A stretch of DNA of 64,000 nt from Candidatus Omnitrophota bacterium (GTDB lineage: Bacteria > Omnitrophota > Omnitrophia > Omnitrophales > JACQLI01), in contig JACPCP010000017.1 of assembly GCA_016179745.1 (NCBI GenBank), positions 2,626 to 66,625 on the forward strand, in the 5' to 3' direction. Of the stretch, positions 62,038 to 64,000 are shown piece after piece. Both the position numbers and the translations under genes were made by a program. The notes beneath the pieces are model-generated. The model saw nothing but the letters and a program-made list of their open reading frames with translations, did not search any database and was not told the origin of the DNA. Position 1 is the stretch's first letter, and every line of letters starts with the position of its first letter.

Positions 62038-62853
62038 ATGAAGAAGACACAAAACGAGGTCCTGGTGGGGACGTTTGTGATTTTCGGCTTTATCCTTCTT
62101 TCCGTTGTCGTATTTTTCGTCAGCGGAGTTTACCTTCTGAGGCCGGGCTACCGGGTTAACGTGAATTTTAACTACGTGAGCATCCTGGACCGGGGGGCGC
62201 CGGTGCGGATGGCAGGGGTCCGGGTGGGGGAAGTGAGCCGGGTGACGCTCCTGGCAGACAAGGAAACGGGCCAAACGGGAGTCCAGATCCAAGTTTTCAT
62301 TGCAAAGGGGGTGGAAATTAGGGAAAATTACTCCTTCAACATCCGGGGGACACATATCTTAAGCGAGCCGCACATTGAAATTACCCCTCAGCCCGGAAAG
62401 GGTCCCCTCCTGAGGGAGGGCGATACCCTTCGGGGGATTGACCCGGTGCCGATGGAGGCCTTGATTGACCGGGCAGACCTGATTGCAGGCCACCTGGAAG
62501 AGATTTTGGGCCGCTTGAAGGGGGCCCTGGATGACAAGGAAACCGGGGCCGATATCCGGGAAACCGTGAAAAACCTGGCTTCCCTGACCGGCTCTCTCAA
62601 CAAGATTTTTGAGGGTTCCGAGAAGGACATGACCGAAAGCTTGAAGCACCTCAACGCCTCCACGCAGTCGCTGGAGACCCTCCTCGGAAAGATTGAAAAG
62701 GGGGAGGGCACGCTGGGGAGTTTGGTGAGCGAAGATGAACTTTATCAGGAATTGCGTGATTTTGTTCAGGAGATCAAGACCCACCCATGGCGGCTCCTGA
62801 AACGGGATGATGAGAAAAAGAAAAAAGGGGTTCCGGGAGTTCCCTTTGTTTAA
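62038..62853 (+). CDS. mlaD: MlaD/MCE-domain protein
   Basis: N-terminal TM (VGTFVIFGFILLSVVVFFV), an MCE domain (GAPVRMAGVRVGEVSRV) and a helical C-terminus. Confidence 0.8.
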   Translation: MKKTQNEVLVGTFVIFGFILLSVVVFFVSGVYLLRPGYRVNVNFNYVSILDRGAPVRMAGVRVGEVSRVTLLADKETGQTGVQIQVFIAKGVEIRENYSFNIRGTHILSEPHIEITPQPGKGPLLREGDTLRGIDPVPMEALIDRADLIAGHLEEILGRLKGALDDKETGADIRETVKNLASLTGSLNKIFEGSEKDMTESLKHLNASTQSLETLLGKIEKGEGTLGSLVSEDELYQELRDFVQEIKTHPWRLLKRDDEKKKKGVPGVPFV

Positions 62854-62900
62854 CTCGGTTTATTCAACTCTCTTAAACGTTCTTCAATTCATTAAAAGGA

Positions 62901-63926
<1,026 letters not shown>

Positions 63927-63947
63927 GAGTGCCGCCCGAAGGATTGG

Positions 63948-64000
63948 AATGAGTGTCAGTCTGATCATTGCCGCAGCCGGTTCGGGCCGAAGATTCCAAG
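63948..64000 (+). CDS. ispD: Probable 2-C-methyl-D-erythritol 4-phosphate cytidylyltransferase, 3'-truncated by window edge
   Basis: MSVSLIIAAAGSGRRFQ matches the IspD N-terminal IIPAAGxGxRF motif. A GAAGGA SD lies 5 nt upstream. The yacL-ispD order is as in Bacillus. Only 17 codons are visible. Confidence 0.5.

Overview
This 64-kb window comes from a moderately GC-rich diderm bacterium. All protein identifications rest on motifs I recognised by eye; no database search was possible.

Gene content, left to right:
- 1-5.8 kb: a visibly AT-richer defence island. It holds a ClpP-fold SDH-type protease, a type I restriction HsdR with a C-terminal S24/LexA-like peptidase domain, and a Fic protein. 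It ends in an array of five phased GGGACA repeats.
- 5.9-13.7 kb: core genes, namely a BamD-like TPR/coiled-coil protein, an LptE-like protein, holA, rpsT, murJ and uvrC.
- 13.9-31.6 kb: a single stop-free ORF of 5,890 codons, which is the outstanding object here.
- 31.6-38.4 kb: an orphan Phd/YefM antitoxin, prfB with its classical +1 frameshift, secA, lnt and a decayed SDR gene.
- 38.4-45.5 kb: a type II FAS/PKS-like lipid cluster with a B12-radical SAM enzyme, methyltransferase, ACP, PPTase, hotdog protein, a Cys-to-Ser KS, a normal KS and a thioester reductase.
- 45.7-64 kb: an ORF6N gene, GT2 plus an MMPL/RND exporter, lysS, lolCD, ilvE, mcsA-mcsB-clpC, an AsmA-like protein, mlaEFD, a PIN/TRAM protein and the start of ispD.

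The giant ORF does not read like an ordinary multidomain protein.
- It is cut into at least 16 unrelated blocks by 17 in-frame copies of a junction motif encoding R-[A/S]-E-[V/A/L]-R. The canonical DNA is CGCGCCGAGGTGCGG, which can form a hairpin.
- The blocks include a secreted N-terminal module, three different SAM-methyltransferase-like modules, and a sigma-70-like module.
- Three blocks are complete gene cassettes on the opposite strand, bounded by junction motifs. Two have near-consensus promoters (the third a weaker match), yet none has a stop codon in the giant frame. One is a DUF4258/DUF2283 toxin-antitoxin-like pair. The other two are paralogous small-membrane-protein pairs.
- A related short hairpin element is also inserted in-frame in hsdR.

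I consider this punctuated cassette mosaic the candidate novel system. Its mechanism is unresolved: polyprotein cleavage, motif-mediated cassette recombination and RNA punctuation are all possible.
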